From: Candidatus Poribacteria bacterium
Lineage (GTDB): Bacteria > Poribacteria > WGA-4E > PCPOR2b
Direction: 5' to 3'
DNA length: 64,000 nucleotides
NCBI GenBank assembly: GCA_965208675.1
Contig: OZ242351.1
Span: 224,001-288,000, forward strand
Positions within the stretch are counted from its first letter, which is position 1. Each line of letters begins with the position of its first letter. The notes beneath the pieces were generated by a model. That model saw only the letters and a list, made by a program, of their open reading frames with translations, was not told the DNA's origin and made no database searches. Positions 10,837 to 20,762 of the stretch are shown here, in pieces. Made by a program: the position numbers and the translations under genes.

Positions 10837-11211
10837 ATGCCGTTCTGCCCGCAATGCAACGCTGAATATCTTGAAAATGTTTCGATATGTGCGGACTGTC
10901 AGGTCGCGCTAGTCCCTGAGCGCCAATCCGAAGACACCGTTGAATACATCAGTTGGGAGGTTGTCCACCAAGTCCCCAATGAAGTAGTTGGAAACATCAT
11001 CAAGGGCGTGTTGGAGTCGGCGGGTTTCGATGTCCTGTTGCGGTCGTATGAAGTCGTCGCGCACGGCGGACTTAGCCCAAAACCTCAATGGGGCGATATT
11101 CTCGTTCGGAGTGACGATGTGGAACGTGCGGAAGCCATTGTCAATTCGTACATTTCCTCTTTGTCGGAAGATGACGCCGAGAGTCGCGAATCTGAACTCG
11201 AAAACGTGTGA
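10837..11211 (+). CDS. DUF2007-like putative signal-transducing protein with N-terminal zinc ribbon
   Basis: CPQC-x10-CADC then IIKGVLESAG…ILVRSDDVERA. Confidence 0.75.
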   Translation: MPFCPQCNAEYLENVSICADCQVALVPERQSEDTVEYISWEVVHQVPNEVVGNIIKGVLESAGFDVLLRSYEVVAHGGLSPKPQWGDILVRSDDVERAEAIVNSYISSLSEDDAESRESELENV

Positions 11212-11235
11212 ACTTAATGCGGAGGAATTGCTTTA

Positions 11236-12606
11236 ATGATTTACATACGCTTGATTTGCGCCGTATGCCTTTTTATTGGTGTAAATTTCAACGCTTTTGC
11301 CGATTATCGAGTCGAGCCGGGGGACACACTCCAAATCGTTGTCATCGGTCAAGCTGATTACTCTCAGACGGTAAAAGTCAGAGCAGACGGGATGATAAGC
11401 TACGTTGACGGCGATCTGCCGGTTTCCGGCAAGACGCCGGAGGAGGTTCGGCTGCAAATCTTGGAACACCTGCGTCAACAGAAGCAGCTTTTGAGTCCGA
11501 ATATCATGGTTTCACCGCTGCCCGCGGAAGACGAGATTTTTGTCGGCGGCGCTGTTAACGTGCCAAACCGTTACCCGCTTCGGCTGCAGGATGAAATTGG
11601 GTTGGACCACGCCATCGCAATGGCGGGTGGCGCGGACGCTAAAGCCGATCTCACCCGCGTCCAAATATATCGCCAGGATGGCACCGTCGAAGAATATGAT
11701 CGTTCTCCGGGCGCCGAATATGAACACATTCTTGTGAGCGGAGGCGATTTGGTGCGCGTGGTGGCGCAAGGCGTCGTTGATGTGCAGGGACAGGTCAACA
11801 AACCCGGAAGAATCCTGATTCAGGATGGCATCCAAATTGGCGACGCACTCGCCCGTGCGGGCGGACCTGATAATAGGGCGGATCTGTCCAAATTAGTGAT
11901 TGTCAGACGCGGAAGCGAGCCAATCGAAGTGAACCGCGCTGAACCGTTTTGGCGGAGTGCCGAGGAAACCGGCGGTAAGAATCTTCTGGTAGACGGTGAC
12001 ACGCTATATGTACCGCCGCTCGGCGTGGTCGAAGTGCAGGGTCAAGTCAACGTCCCGGGCAGTAGAATAGCGATGCGCGACCGAATTCGGGTTGCCGATG
12101 CCATCGCGCGGGCGGGAGGCGCAGATGATAGAGCCGACCTGTCCGAATTAGTTATCACCAGAGCAGATGGCGAACGGATTGAAGTCAGCATCCCAGATCG
12201 ATTTTGGGAAGAGCCGAGTGGTGGCGAAACGGAGCACTATCTGTATGATGGAGATTCACTGTATGTTCCCAACGCCTATGAGGTCGAAACCATCTATGTG
12301 CTCGGTTATGTACGCAATCCCGGCGCCTACAAGATTCGCGATCCGATTACACCGGCGCAAGCCATCGCTCACGCTGGCGGAGAAGAGGCGGAGGCGAATC
12401 TCGGAGATATAGAAATCATTCGAAAAGACGGAAACGTCGAAAAAATCAATCTTAAAGAACATAAGAAACGGATGCAAGAAACCAAGATTTTACTGTATCC
12501 AGGCGACTCCATGCGGGTCAATAAGGGGTTTCAGATTAACTGGGGATTGGTCCTGAATTTCCTCTCCGTCACAACGGTTACAATCGGCCTCATTGTCAGC
12601 AACTAA
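11236..12606 (+). CDS. polysaccharide biosynthesis/export protein (Wza-like, Poly_export + four SLBB repeats)
   Basis: YRVEPGDTL..V..DGMIS Poly_export motif; repeated V.G.V..PG…DAIARAGG SLBB units; hydrophobic C-terminal helix. Confidence 0.9.
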   Translation: MIYIRLICAVCLFIGVNFNAFADYRVEPGDTLQIVVIGQADYSQTVKVRADGMISYVDGDLPVSGKTPEEVRLQILEHLRQQKQLLSPNIMVSPLPAEDEIFVGGAVNVPNRYPLRLQDEIGLDHAIAMAGGADAKADLTRVQIYRQDGTVEEYDRSPGAEYEHILVSGGDLVRVVAQGVVDVQGQVNKPGRILIQDGIQIGDALARAGGPDNRADLSKLVIVRRGSEPIEVNRAEPFWRSAEETGGKNLLVDGDTLYVPPLGVVEVQGQVNVPGSRIAMRDRIRVADAIARAGGADDRADLSELVITRADGERIEVSIPDRFWEEPSGGETEHYLYDGDSLYVPNAYEVETIYVLGYVRNPGAYKIRDPITPAQAIAHAGGEEAEANLGDIEIIRKDGNVEKINLKEHKKRMQETKILLYPGDSMRVNKGFQINWGLVLNFLSVTTVTIGLIVSN

Positions 12607-12717
12607 TCTCCGCGTTCACATAATCGACTGGTTTTGGTCGGTATAGTTTGATGTCAATCGAAACAATGCATCTCTCCTAGGAAATTTCTGGTTGCACTGT
12701 AGTAGGTGGAGAAACCT

Positions 12718-15700
12718 ATGCCATCGGAATGGGATAAACTGCGTTCTTGGAATGCAACACAATGGGCTGCGTTTGAAGAACTTATTTGTCAGTTGGCTCG
12801 GTACGAACATTCACCGTCAATTGGCGAGTTTGTTCGGAAAGGCACACCTGACGCAGGCGTTGAGTGTTTCTGGAAATTCACGTCAGGTGAGGAGCATGGA
12901 TGGCAGGCGAAGTTTTTCAAATCGCAACCGTCTTCATCGCAGTGGGTACAAATTGATTCTTCAGTAAAACGCGCTCTTGAAAAACATCCCGAACTGCAGC
13001 AATATACAATCTGTATGGCGTTTGATCCTCCCCATTCCGGGTGTAAAGACACCACTTCATTCGGCGACAAATGGAAGGCACGCGTAGCCAAATGGGAAAG
13101 TTGGGCTACTGAGAAAGGTATGTGTGTCAAATTCTGCCGCTGGGGAACTAGCGAGATATTCGAAAGACTATCACGCGACGAGCATCGTGGTAGACACTTT
13201 TTCTGGTTTAATGAGGAGTTATTTACCTCCACGTGGTTTGAGCGACGACTGAACGAGGTTATTGCCGCTGTCGGTCCTCGCTATTCGCCCAAACTGAATG
13301 TGCGGCTTCCACTCTCGGATTTGTTTGAAGGCCTTTCGCGGTCCCCTGTTTTTTTCAAACGTTTTCAGGAAGTCTACGGAGACATCGGCAAAGAACGCGC
13401 AAAGGGTTTCTTGACGTCAATTGAAAAATTTGCTCCACAAAAAGCGGAGTGCTTCTATGAGCAACTAGAGCAGCTTGTTCAAACGGCCAAGAACTATGAC
13501 AAGACAGGGATTGACCCCATTGATTGGTCATTGATGAAGGGTCAGACAAGGGAAGCGCTCAAGTGCATTTCTGAAATTGTCTGCCTCCTCAGAGAGAAGT
13601 TTTACGATAGCGAGTCGTGCGAAACAGGCGAGAATACACAAAAGGTTTCTAAAGAGGTGCATCTTGACTACACGCTTCATGCTCTGTGGCGCATCGAAGA
13701 AAAACTGAAGGATTTTGAAGATTTTGTCAATTCAGATGTCGTACAACTAACGAGCCAACCAGCACTGCTTCTAGTCGGTGCCGCAGGCACTGGAAAAACA
13801 CATATGTTCAGTGATGCTGCGAAACAGCACGTTCAAACTGGCGCGCCGGCAATCTTACTGCTCGGAATTGAATTCACCAAGGAAGAACCATGGAATCAGA
13901 TTCGGCAGATGCTCGATCTCACATGTACAACACAGACATTCCTTGGTGCATTAGAGACCGCCGCCCAATCTGCTGGGAGGCGAGCAATCATATTTATTGA
14001 CGCCCTCAACGAAGTAGAGGATGCCAGTAAATGGCAAACTTGGCTGCCTTCTATGTTGAAGTGTCTTGAGCGTCATCCGTGGATAGCAATCGCTGTAAGC
14101 GTGCGTACGTCCTTTGAGAATCAAATCATTCCAGACCATTTGGTGCCCGATGAGTTCCTCCGGTGTACCCATCAAGGGTTTGATGGTAGGGAATACGAAG
14201 CCGCTAAAGAGTTTTTTGACTTCTACAAACTCCAGATGCCTCCCACACCGCTTCTTACCCCCGAATATCGGAACCCCTTGTTTCTTCGTTGTTTATGCGA
14301 AGGTTTAAAGAACAGAAACGTGCCGACGATTCCCACAGGAATCCATGGAATTTCATCGGTATTTGACTTTTTCCTTGATTCTGTGGACGAGAAACTAGCG
14401 AAACCTGAGTTTCTAGATTACGATCCCGAGTCTCGTCTTGTTCTCCAAGCTATACGTCAACTAGCTACGAGAATGTCACAATCAACTGGGCATACAATTT
14501 CGCGTACAGAAGCAATAGAGATTTGTGAAAAAATTTATCCCCACGATGGCTTCAATAAGTCTCTCTTTCGCCACCTCCTGTCGGAGAATGTTCTTTTCGA
14601 GACTAACTCATATCACGACACCGGTAACCATGGAGCAAAAGTTGTGACCTTTTCTTACCAACGTCTGGCAGATCACCTGATTATGCAGGAGCTCCTTGGC
14701 GAACACGTAAACTCAACAATTCCGGCGGAAGCATTCAAATGCGAGCCGCTGGGCAGTTACTTCAAAGACGAAATGTCCTGTCGGCGTAATTCGGGATTGG
14801 TGGAGGCATTGGCAATTCAGGGACCAGAGACTCTCAAGCAAGAAATCTTCGACCTAATCCCTGAACTCAAGGAATCATTTCCTGTGTGTGAAGCATTCAT
14901 AGAAAGTCTAATTTGGCGCGCCCCAAGTACCATTCAAGCGGACAAATGTATTCAATATATCAAGGCTCATATAACGCCTCAAGCGGACCTTAATCGAAAG
15001 TTTCTCAATGCAATCCTGACAATTGCACCCTACCCGCAACATCCCTTCAACGCGGATTTTCTGCACGGCAATCTGATGAAATTGGAAATGCCAGAGCGTG
15101 ATGCCCGATGGTCAATTCCTGTGTTTCATGAATACGGAGAAAATGGCGCTGTTGATCGCCTTATCGACTGGGTTTGGTCTGATACCGACAAGACTTCTAT
15201 CTCTGATGAGTCCGTTCGCCTCTTGGGAACGGCACTGGTCTGGTTTCTTACAACATCTCATCGTTTCTTGAGAGACCGTACAACAAAAGCTCTAGTATCT
15301 TTATTCGGCGACCGTATTCATGTTCTGTGTCAAGTGATTTCAAATTTCGTTAAAGTGAACGATTTATATGTTTTGGAACGTCTTTACTCCGTAGCCTACG
15401 GCTGTGCTTTACGAAGTTGTGACTCAAACGCAAAAACCTCTTTATCACAACTCATATATGATTTGGTTTTCAGAGATGGTAATCCCCCGTGCCATATCCT
15501 GCTACGGGATTATGCACGAGGTGTGGTTGAAGTGGCGCTGCGCGATGGGTTGAATCTGGTTGGTGTTGAACCGCACAGAATTAGACCTCCATACAAAAGC
15601 GAATGGCCGTTGCAGATTCCTTCAGAGGAGGATGTTCAGGAATACGGAAAATTGCGCGAGGAGATGTGTGATGAACCACGGACATTTCGATTGATTTACA

Positions 15701-17286
15701 ACTCAGTCATGGAGGATGGTGACTTCGCTCGCTACATAATTGGTAATCAAATCCCGTGGTCGAAGCGTCGGCTCGGTGAGAATCACGCGCCGTCGCGTAA
15801 GGAGCGGTTTGATGCCTTTGTAGCGTCGCTGACCGACCATCAGAAGAGTGTATGGCATTCTTATATTGAGATAAGGGAAGGACCACGGTTTGGTAGCCTG
15901 GAAGACACCGGATTTGGTGACGTTTCGGAAGAATCCTTGCAACATGATTTTGACTCGACTGTGAAAGTCAGTCAAGTAGAGTGCAGGTTTCGCAGAACTT
16001 TGGGAAAGAAAAAGAAACGTGTGTTTTTGGAATTAGTATTGCCATACCTAGATGCTCCACGGGCTGAGAGAGACGAGCTCGCCTTTCCTAGTAGGATTGC
16101 CCAACTCTGGATTCTTAAGCGGGTGTCCGAACTGGGTTGGACCGAGGAGCGATTCAGCAGGTTTGACCGGGATGCAATCGCCTATTTCAATCGGGGAGCT
16201 GCGAAACCAGAGCGAATAGGCAAGAAATACCAGTGGATTGCATATCATGAGTTTCTTGCCCATTTGGCGGATAATCTCGAATTTCGAGACGATTATTGGT
16301 CTGAGGAACCGGGTGTATATGATGGCCCTTGGCAGTTATGGCTTCGTGACATTGACCCCTCCTCATTGCTGAAGACTACATGCCAGGAGCAAAGCCCAAA
16401 CGGATGGTGGACACCCGTTGGATTTGAGTCATGCACCGACGAACCGGACGCAATTCAGTGGCGAAGAAGTGTCGATCTGTTGCCCGAAATCGGGAAGCTT
16501 CCAATTGTACGCGATCCTGCTACTGGTCAAGAGTGGTTTGTGTTGGAGTGTTTGTATAATTGGGAAGAGCCCATTCCGCCTGAAACCGACAAATATAGCA
16601 TCAGTCAACGGTATATCTGGTACATACTCAAAAGTTACTTGGTAAAGACAGATGACGAAGATCGTTTCTGCGACTGGGCAAATGCCCAGTGTTTCACTGA
16701 ACGTAGCATGCCGGAATCACGCGCACGGCGGCAAGTATTTTTGGGTGAATTTTTCTGGGCGCCGTCATTTGAGTATTTCAACAGAGACTACGGCGCAGGC
16801 AAGGGTTGGACGAAGGGCGATTGGCTCTCCCTTCCATGCAATGTGCTTGTCACATCAGACGAGTGTTTTCAAGGGGGAGACTATGACTGTTCGTTTGAAG
16901 ATGCGACTTCTGTTTATCTACCGGCAAAGTGGATTGCTGACAGAATGCAGCTTTCTTGGCGAGGTGTGGAGTGCCGCTATTTCGACCAAACCGGGCATTT
17001 AATAGCACAAGACCCATCTATAAAAACGGCGGGTCCTAAAGCCTTTTTGATGGACAAAGACTTTACGACTACGTTTCTGAACAACGAAGGATATCGGCTA
17101 GTTTGGACACTTATCGGCGAAAAGGATATTCGAAGTAGTTGGGATAGAGACGAGGATAAGTCTGGATGGATGGTATTAAACGGATGCATGAGAATGAGAG
17201 ATGGGCAAATTTCAGGCCAAGCTACGGCGTTCTGGCAAACTCTAGAATCTGATTTGATGAAAATTGAAGTGATAGAAATTCGATAA
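12718..17286 (+). CDS. AVAST/Avs-like antiviral STAND NTPase with N-terminal Mrr-like nuclease (probably Avs2-type)
   Basis: N-terminal FEELxxQL…PDAGVE…GWQAKFF nuclease motif; Walker A GAAGTGKT; Walker B IIFIDALNE; C-terminal ERIGKKYQWIAYHE motif; ~1520 aa; GGAG RBS. Confidence 0.8.
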   Translation: MPSEWDKLRSWNATQWAAFEELICQLARYEHSPSIGEFVRKGTPDAGVECFWKFTSGEEHGWQAKFFKSQPSSSQWVQIDSSVKRALEKHPELQQYTICMAFDPPHSGCKDTTSFGDKWKARVAKWESWATEKGMCVKFCRWGTSEIFERLSRDEHRGRHFFWFNEELFTSTWFERRLNEVIAAVGPRYSPKLNVRLPLSDLFEGLSRSPVFFKRFQEVYGDIGKERAKGFLTSIEKFAPQKAECFYEQLEQLVQTAKNYDKTGIDPIDWSLMKGQTREALKCISEIVCLLREKFYDSESCETGENTQKVSKEVHLDYTLHALWRIEEKLKDFEDFVNSDVVQLTSQPALLLVGAAGTGKTHMFSDAAKQHVQTGAPAILLLGIEFTKEEPWNQIRQMLDLTCTTQTFLGALETAAQSAGRRAIIFIDALNEVEDASKWQTWLPSMLKCLERHPWIAIAVSVRTSFENQIIPDHLVPDEFLRCTHQGFDGREYEAAKEFFDFYKLQMPPTPLLTPEYRNPLFLRCLCEGLKNRNVPTIPTGIHGISSVFDFFLDSVDEKLAKPEFLDYDPESRLVLQAIRQLATRMSQSTGHTISRTEAIEICEKIYPHDGFNKSLFRHLLSENVLFETNSYHDTGNHGAKVVTFSYQRLADHLIMQELLGEHVNSTIPAEAFKCEPLGSYFKDEMSCRRNSGLVEALAIQGPETLKQEIFDLIPELKESFPVCEAFIESLIWRAPSTIQADKCIQYIKAHITPQADLNRKFLNAILTIAPYPQHPFNADFLHGNLMKLEMPERDARWSIPVFHEYGENGAVDRLIDWVWSDTDKTSISDESVRLLGTALVWFLTTSHRFLRDRTTKALVSLFGDRIHVLCQVISNFVKVNDLYVLERLYSVAYGCALRSCDSNAKTSLSQLIYDLVFRDGNPPCHILLRDYARGVVEVALRDGLNLVGVEPHRIRPPYKSEWPLQIPSEEDVQEYGKLREEMCDEPRTFRLIYNSVMEDGDFARYIIGNQIPWSKRRLGENHAPSRKERFDAFVASLTDHQKSVWHSYIEIREGPRFGSLEDTGFGDVSEESLQHDFDSTVKVSQVECRFRRTLGKKKKRVFLELVLPYLDAPRAERDELAFPSRIAQLWILKRVSELGWTEERFSRFDRDAIAYFNRGAAKPERIGKKYQWIAYHEFLAHLADNLEFRDDYWSEEPGVYDGPWQLWLRDIDPSSLLKTTCQEQSPNGWWTPVGFESCTDEPDAIQWRRSVDLLPEIGKLPIVRDPATGQEWFVLECLYNWEEPIPPETDKYSISQRYIWYILKSYLVKTDDEDRFCDWANAQCFTERSMPESRARRQVFLGEFFWAPSFEYFNRDYGAGKGWTKGDWLSLPCNVLVTSDECFQGGDYDCSFEDATSVYLPAKWIADRMQLSWRGVECRYFDQTGHLIAQDPSIKTAGPKAFLMDKDFTTTFLNNEGYRLVWTLIGEKDIRSSWDRDEDKSGWMVLNGCMRMRDGQISGQATAFWQTLESDLMKIEVIEIR

Positions 17287-17422
17287 AGAGCAACATAAAT
17301 AATTGAGAACGCAGTAACTTTAGCCATGTCGCCTGGATAGAGCGATTCTAGAAAAAACAAAGTCAAAAATCATATTTGACCGGGAAAACTTAACTTGAAA
17401 TAATTTACACTGGGGATGAACT

Positions 17423-17650
17423 ATGCCAAGCAAGACCGCGAAACGGAACATTGAGAACTACCAGCATAAAGGCAAAAAGCAGGTCAACAACTCTCCTGTT
17501 GGTTTAGTTACCCCTGACACGGATAAAGGCGCGGGCAAGAAGACCCGCGACTACAATCCACACCTTGATTCAACGCTCATTTTGACGAGTATGGCTGAAC
17601 GCACATCGTTTGAGGCACCGACGTTTCGCTTCAGGTGCACGAGCAAAGTC
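17423..17650 (+). pseudogene. 5' remnant of a site-specific DNA methyltransferase (type III Mod-like)
   Basis: IENYQHK..NNSPVGLVTPDTD…YNPHLDSTL…AERTSFEAPT resembles the N-terminus of this family; a one-base shift restores (V)SLQVHE; then truncated. Confidence 0.6.
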
Positions 17651-17824
17651 GCGCCCTCAGGAACACCTGGGTTGTTGGCATCCAATCCTACCGTACTCAT
17701 ATTCGAAATTGGCTGTTGCTTGCGCGTGAAATCTAGGACGAATACGGTAGTCGATTTGTTCAAATCGGTGGTGAGAATTACACCGATTCGGCATGGTATT
17801 TGATGATATTCTCGGTGCAGAGAA

Positions 17825-18268
17825 TCGGATGGCGTATGGATTGAATTGCGCATCCCCCATCGATTTTGGGAAGAACCGAGTGAAGGCGAAACGGAGCACT
17901 ATCTTTACGACGGAGATGTACTGTATGTCCCGAACGCCTATGAGATCGAACCCATCTACGTGCTCGGATATGTACGTAATCCCGGTCGGTACAAAATTCG
18001 CGATCCGATCACACCGGCGCAAGCCATCGCGCTCGCAGGCGCAGAAGAGGCGGAGGCGAATCTCGGAAATATAGAAATCATTCGAAAAGAAGGAAGCGTC
18101 GAAAAAATCAATCTTAAAGAACACAAGAACCACATGAGAGAAACCGAGATTTTACTGCACCCCGGCGACTCCATGCGGGTCAATAAAGGGTTTCAGATTA
18201 ACTGGGGATTGGTCCTGAATTTTCTCTCGGTCACAACGGTTACGATCGGCCTCATCGTCAGCAACTAA
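17825..18268 (+). repeat. diverged direct duplicate of the 3' end of the Wza/SLBB gene (~12165-12606)
   Basis: 16 differences over 138 aa by manual alignment, last 35 aa identical, same stop context AGCAACTAAT; no convincing start/RBS. Confidence 0.95.
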
Positions 18269-18420
18269 TTTCGGTTTTCGCACATATTTCTAGCCAGTTT
18301 TCAAATATCCTGAACGGAAGCATCTTTGATACCATAATCAAAGTCTCGATTCGGTTGGTTGCGCCAACCCATTCGAACCGGCGGCTTAAATCTTGACTTC
18401 AACGGATGTTTGATAATGTG

Positions 18421-20463
18421 ATGATGGAGACATTCTAGTTGGAACACTTCGAAGCAATCGAAAAACGCCTTTGGACTAGTGCGGATACCCTGCGTGCAAA
18501 CTCTAACTTTGCGAGTAATGAATACTTCCTTCCTGTAATGGGTCTCATCTTCCTTCGGCATGCATACAGCCGTTTCCTCAAGGTTAAGGACGAAATTGAA
18601 TCAACACTGCCAAAGCGAAAGGGAAAAACCCGCCCGCTCACTAAGGAAGACTTCTCACAGAAAAGGTCAATCTTTTTGCGCCCGGAAGCACAGTTTGACC
18701 ATCTCGTCGCCTTACCTGACAGCTATGATCGCGCTCAAGCAATCATCAGCGCCATGGATGGGATTGAAAGTGATTATGAATCCCTGCGCGGCGCCTTGCC
18801 GAAGACAGAATATCAAGAACTTGACAACGATGTTCTCGGTCAAATTCTTCGAATTTTCAACGATCCCGCTCTAAATCACGCCAATGGCGATGTTTTCGGG
18901 CGTATCTACGAGTATTTCCTTACCCAGTTTGCGGACCAGAGAGCACACGACGATGGGGAGTTTTTCACGCCAGCGTCACTAGTCCAAATAATTGTCAATT
19001 ACATTGAACCGGACGATGGTACGGTGCTCGACCCGGCGTGTGGATCGGGTGGCATGTTCGTGCAGAGTGCGCACTTCATCGAAAGTATGCACTGGAACCC
19101 GACAGAACGCGTTACGTTCTACGGTATGGAAAAGAACGCGACGACAATTCGACTCGCAAACATGAACCTCGCCGTGCACGGTTTGGAAGGAAACATAAAG
19201 AAAGCAATCACCTACTTCGATGATCCCCACGAACTGTTTGGGAAGTGCGACTTCGTGATGGCTAATCCTCCGTTCAATGTCGATGAAGTCGACGCAGAGA
19301 AAGTGAAAAGCGATCCTCGCCTCCCTTACGGTCTCCCTGGAGTGAACAAACAAGGTAAGGTCTCAAACGGCAACTATCTCTGGATCTCTTATTTTGATAG
19401 CTACTTGAACGAAAACGGGCGCGCGGGGTTCGTCATGTCCTCACAAGCGTCATCGGCGGGGCGTGAAGAGGCAAAGGTCCGGAAGAAATTAATTGAGTCG
19501 GACCATGTGGATGTCATGATGGCAATCCGTTCCAATTTCTTTTACACGCGCACGGTGCCATGCGAGCTCTGGTTTCTTGATAAGGCAAAGCCCGAGGAAC
19601 GGCGTGGCAAGGTGTTAATGATTGATGCGCGTGCCGTCTACCATCAGGTGACACGAAAAATTTACGATTTCACAACGGAACAACAGAAGAATCTCTCGGC
19701 AATTGTCTGGCTCTACCGGAGCGAAACAAACCGCTTCATAACTCTAGTTGCTGAATACCTTGGACGTATGATTGATTCGACGGAAGATGCACTTGGGGCA
19801 CTGAACATCTTTACGGCAGAACTTTCCAAGACAGTTGAGACGTTTGCAGACTGCGACCTAGACGTCAATTTAGCTAAGCGTACTGAGGAATTCAAGACTG
19901 CAGAGACAGCCTTTGTCGAAGATGTGTACAATTTCGAGGTTATGGCGAAAGAGATTTCCGACACTTGCAAATCACCGGAATCTGAAAATGGCCATTTGAA
20001 AGCCCTTGCGGAATCTGCAGAGCCGGTAGTTAATTGCGCCTCCGTTCTGGCTTCCAATGTCATTCAGCTTTATAAACTTCTGTCTTACCTCGTAATTGCG
20101 ACACAAAACGGACGCCGAGGTTGGCTCAAATCGCTTGATAAGATTCATAACGATACAGTCGAGAATCTTAGAATACCTGAATATTTTTGGCGGCAAGCAC
20201 GCTGGCTACAAGATCGATTTCCAGATGCAGAGATTTGAGATGTTGAGGGCCTTGTAAAGATTGTCGACCTAAAGGAGTTGGAAGAAAACGACTGGAGTTT
20301 AACACCGGGGCGATATGTTGGAGTTGCGCCGGAGGCGGACGACGACGATTTCGACTTTGACGTAACGATTCGAGAAATTCATCTCGGGCTTGAAGCACTC
20401 AACAAAAAGGCGGTTGACCGAGCGGCTAAGATTTCAAGTAATTTTGAGGATTTGAGGATTTGA
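18421..20463 (+). pseudogene. hsdM: type I R-M methyltransferase HsdM with in-frame nonsense codon(s)
   Basis: GEFFTP, DPACGSGGMF and NPPF motifs; TGA at 20236-20238 is in frame with downstream DVEGLVK…NDWSLTPGRYVG; a TAG at 18436 also lies between in-frame ATGs and the ORF. Confidence 0.9.
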
Positions 20464-20762
20464 GGGCGGGAGTTGGGCAAAGATCTCAACCGATTCGATT
20501 GTCGCGCTTTTGCCGAGAATGCAAAAATCCATTTTTAGCAGCAAATCGAGCATATACCGAATATCCTCTCATCGTTCCCAAACGCTTTCAGTGGAGGTGT
20601 TTGTTGGGTCGACTAGTATATCGATTTAATGGCGTTTTGGACGAACTAGCTAAAACACTACGACAGATGCGAACTGATGAACTGAATGCTGTAAATCTTG
20701 ATTCAGACAGGAATTGACGGAATGTCAAAGAATGCAGTGATTTTCCTAAAGGAATCCAGTTT

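Noticed and set aside
17846-18268. Independent 140-aa SLBB gene
   Set aside because: TTG start without RBS falls mid-domain and lacks a signal peptide; better explained as a duplicated gene end.
18326-18345. FNR-like box CTTTGAT-ACCATA-ATCAAAG upstream of hsdM
   Set aside because: Spacer is 6 rather than 4 nt and no cognate regulator is evident; may be a chance palindrome.
20236-20238. Genome-wide TGA/TAG reassignment or selenocysteine in hsdM
   Set aside because: Many intact genes here end at TGA or TAG at expected positions (e.g. glnE, hsdR, the BMP gene), and the site is not a redox Cys position.
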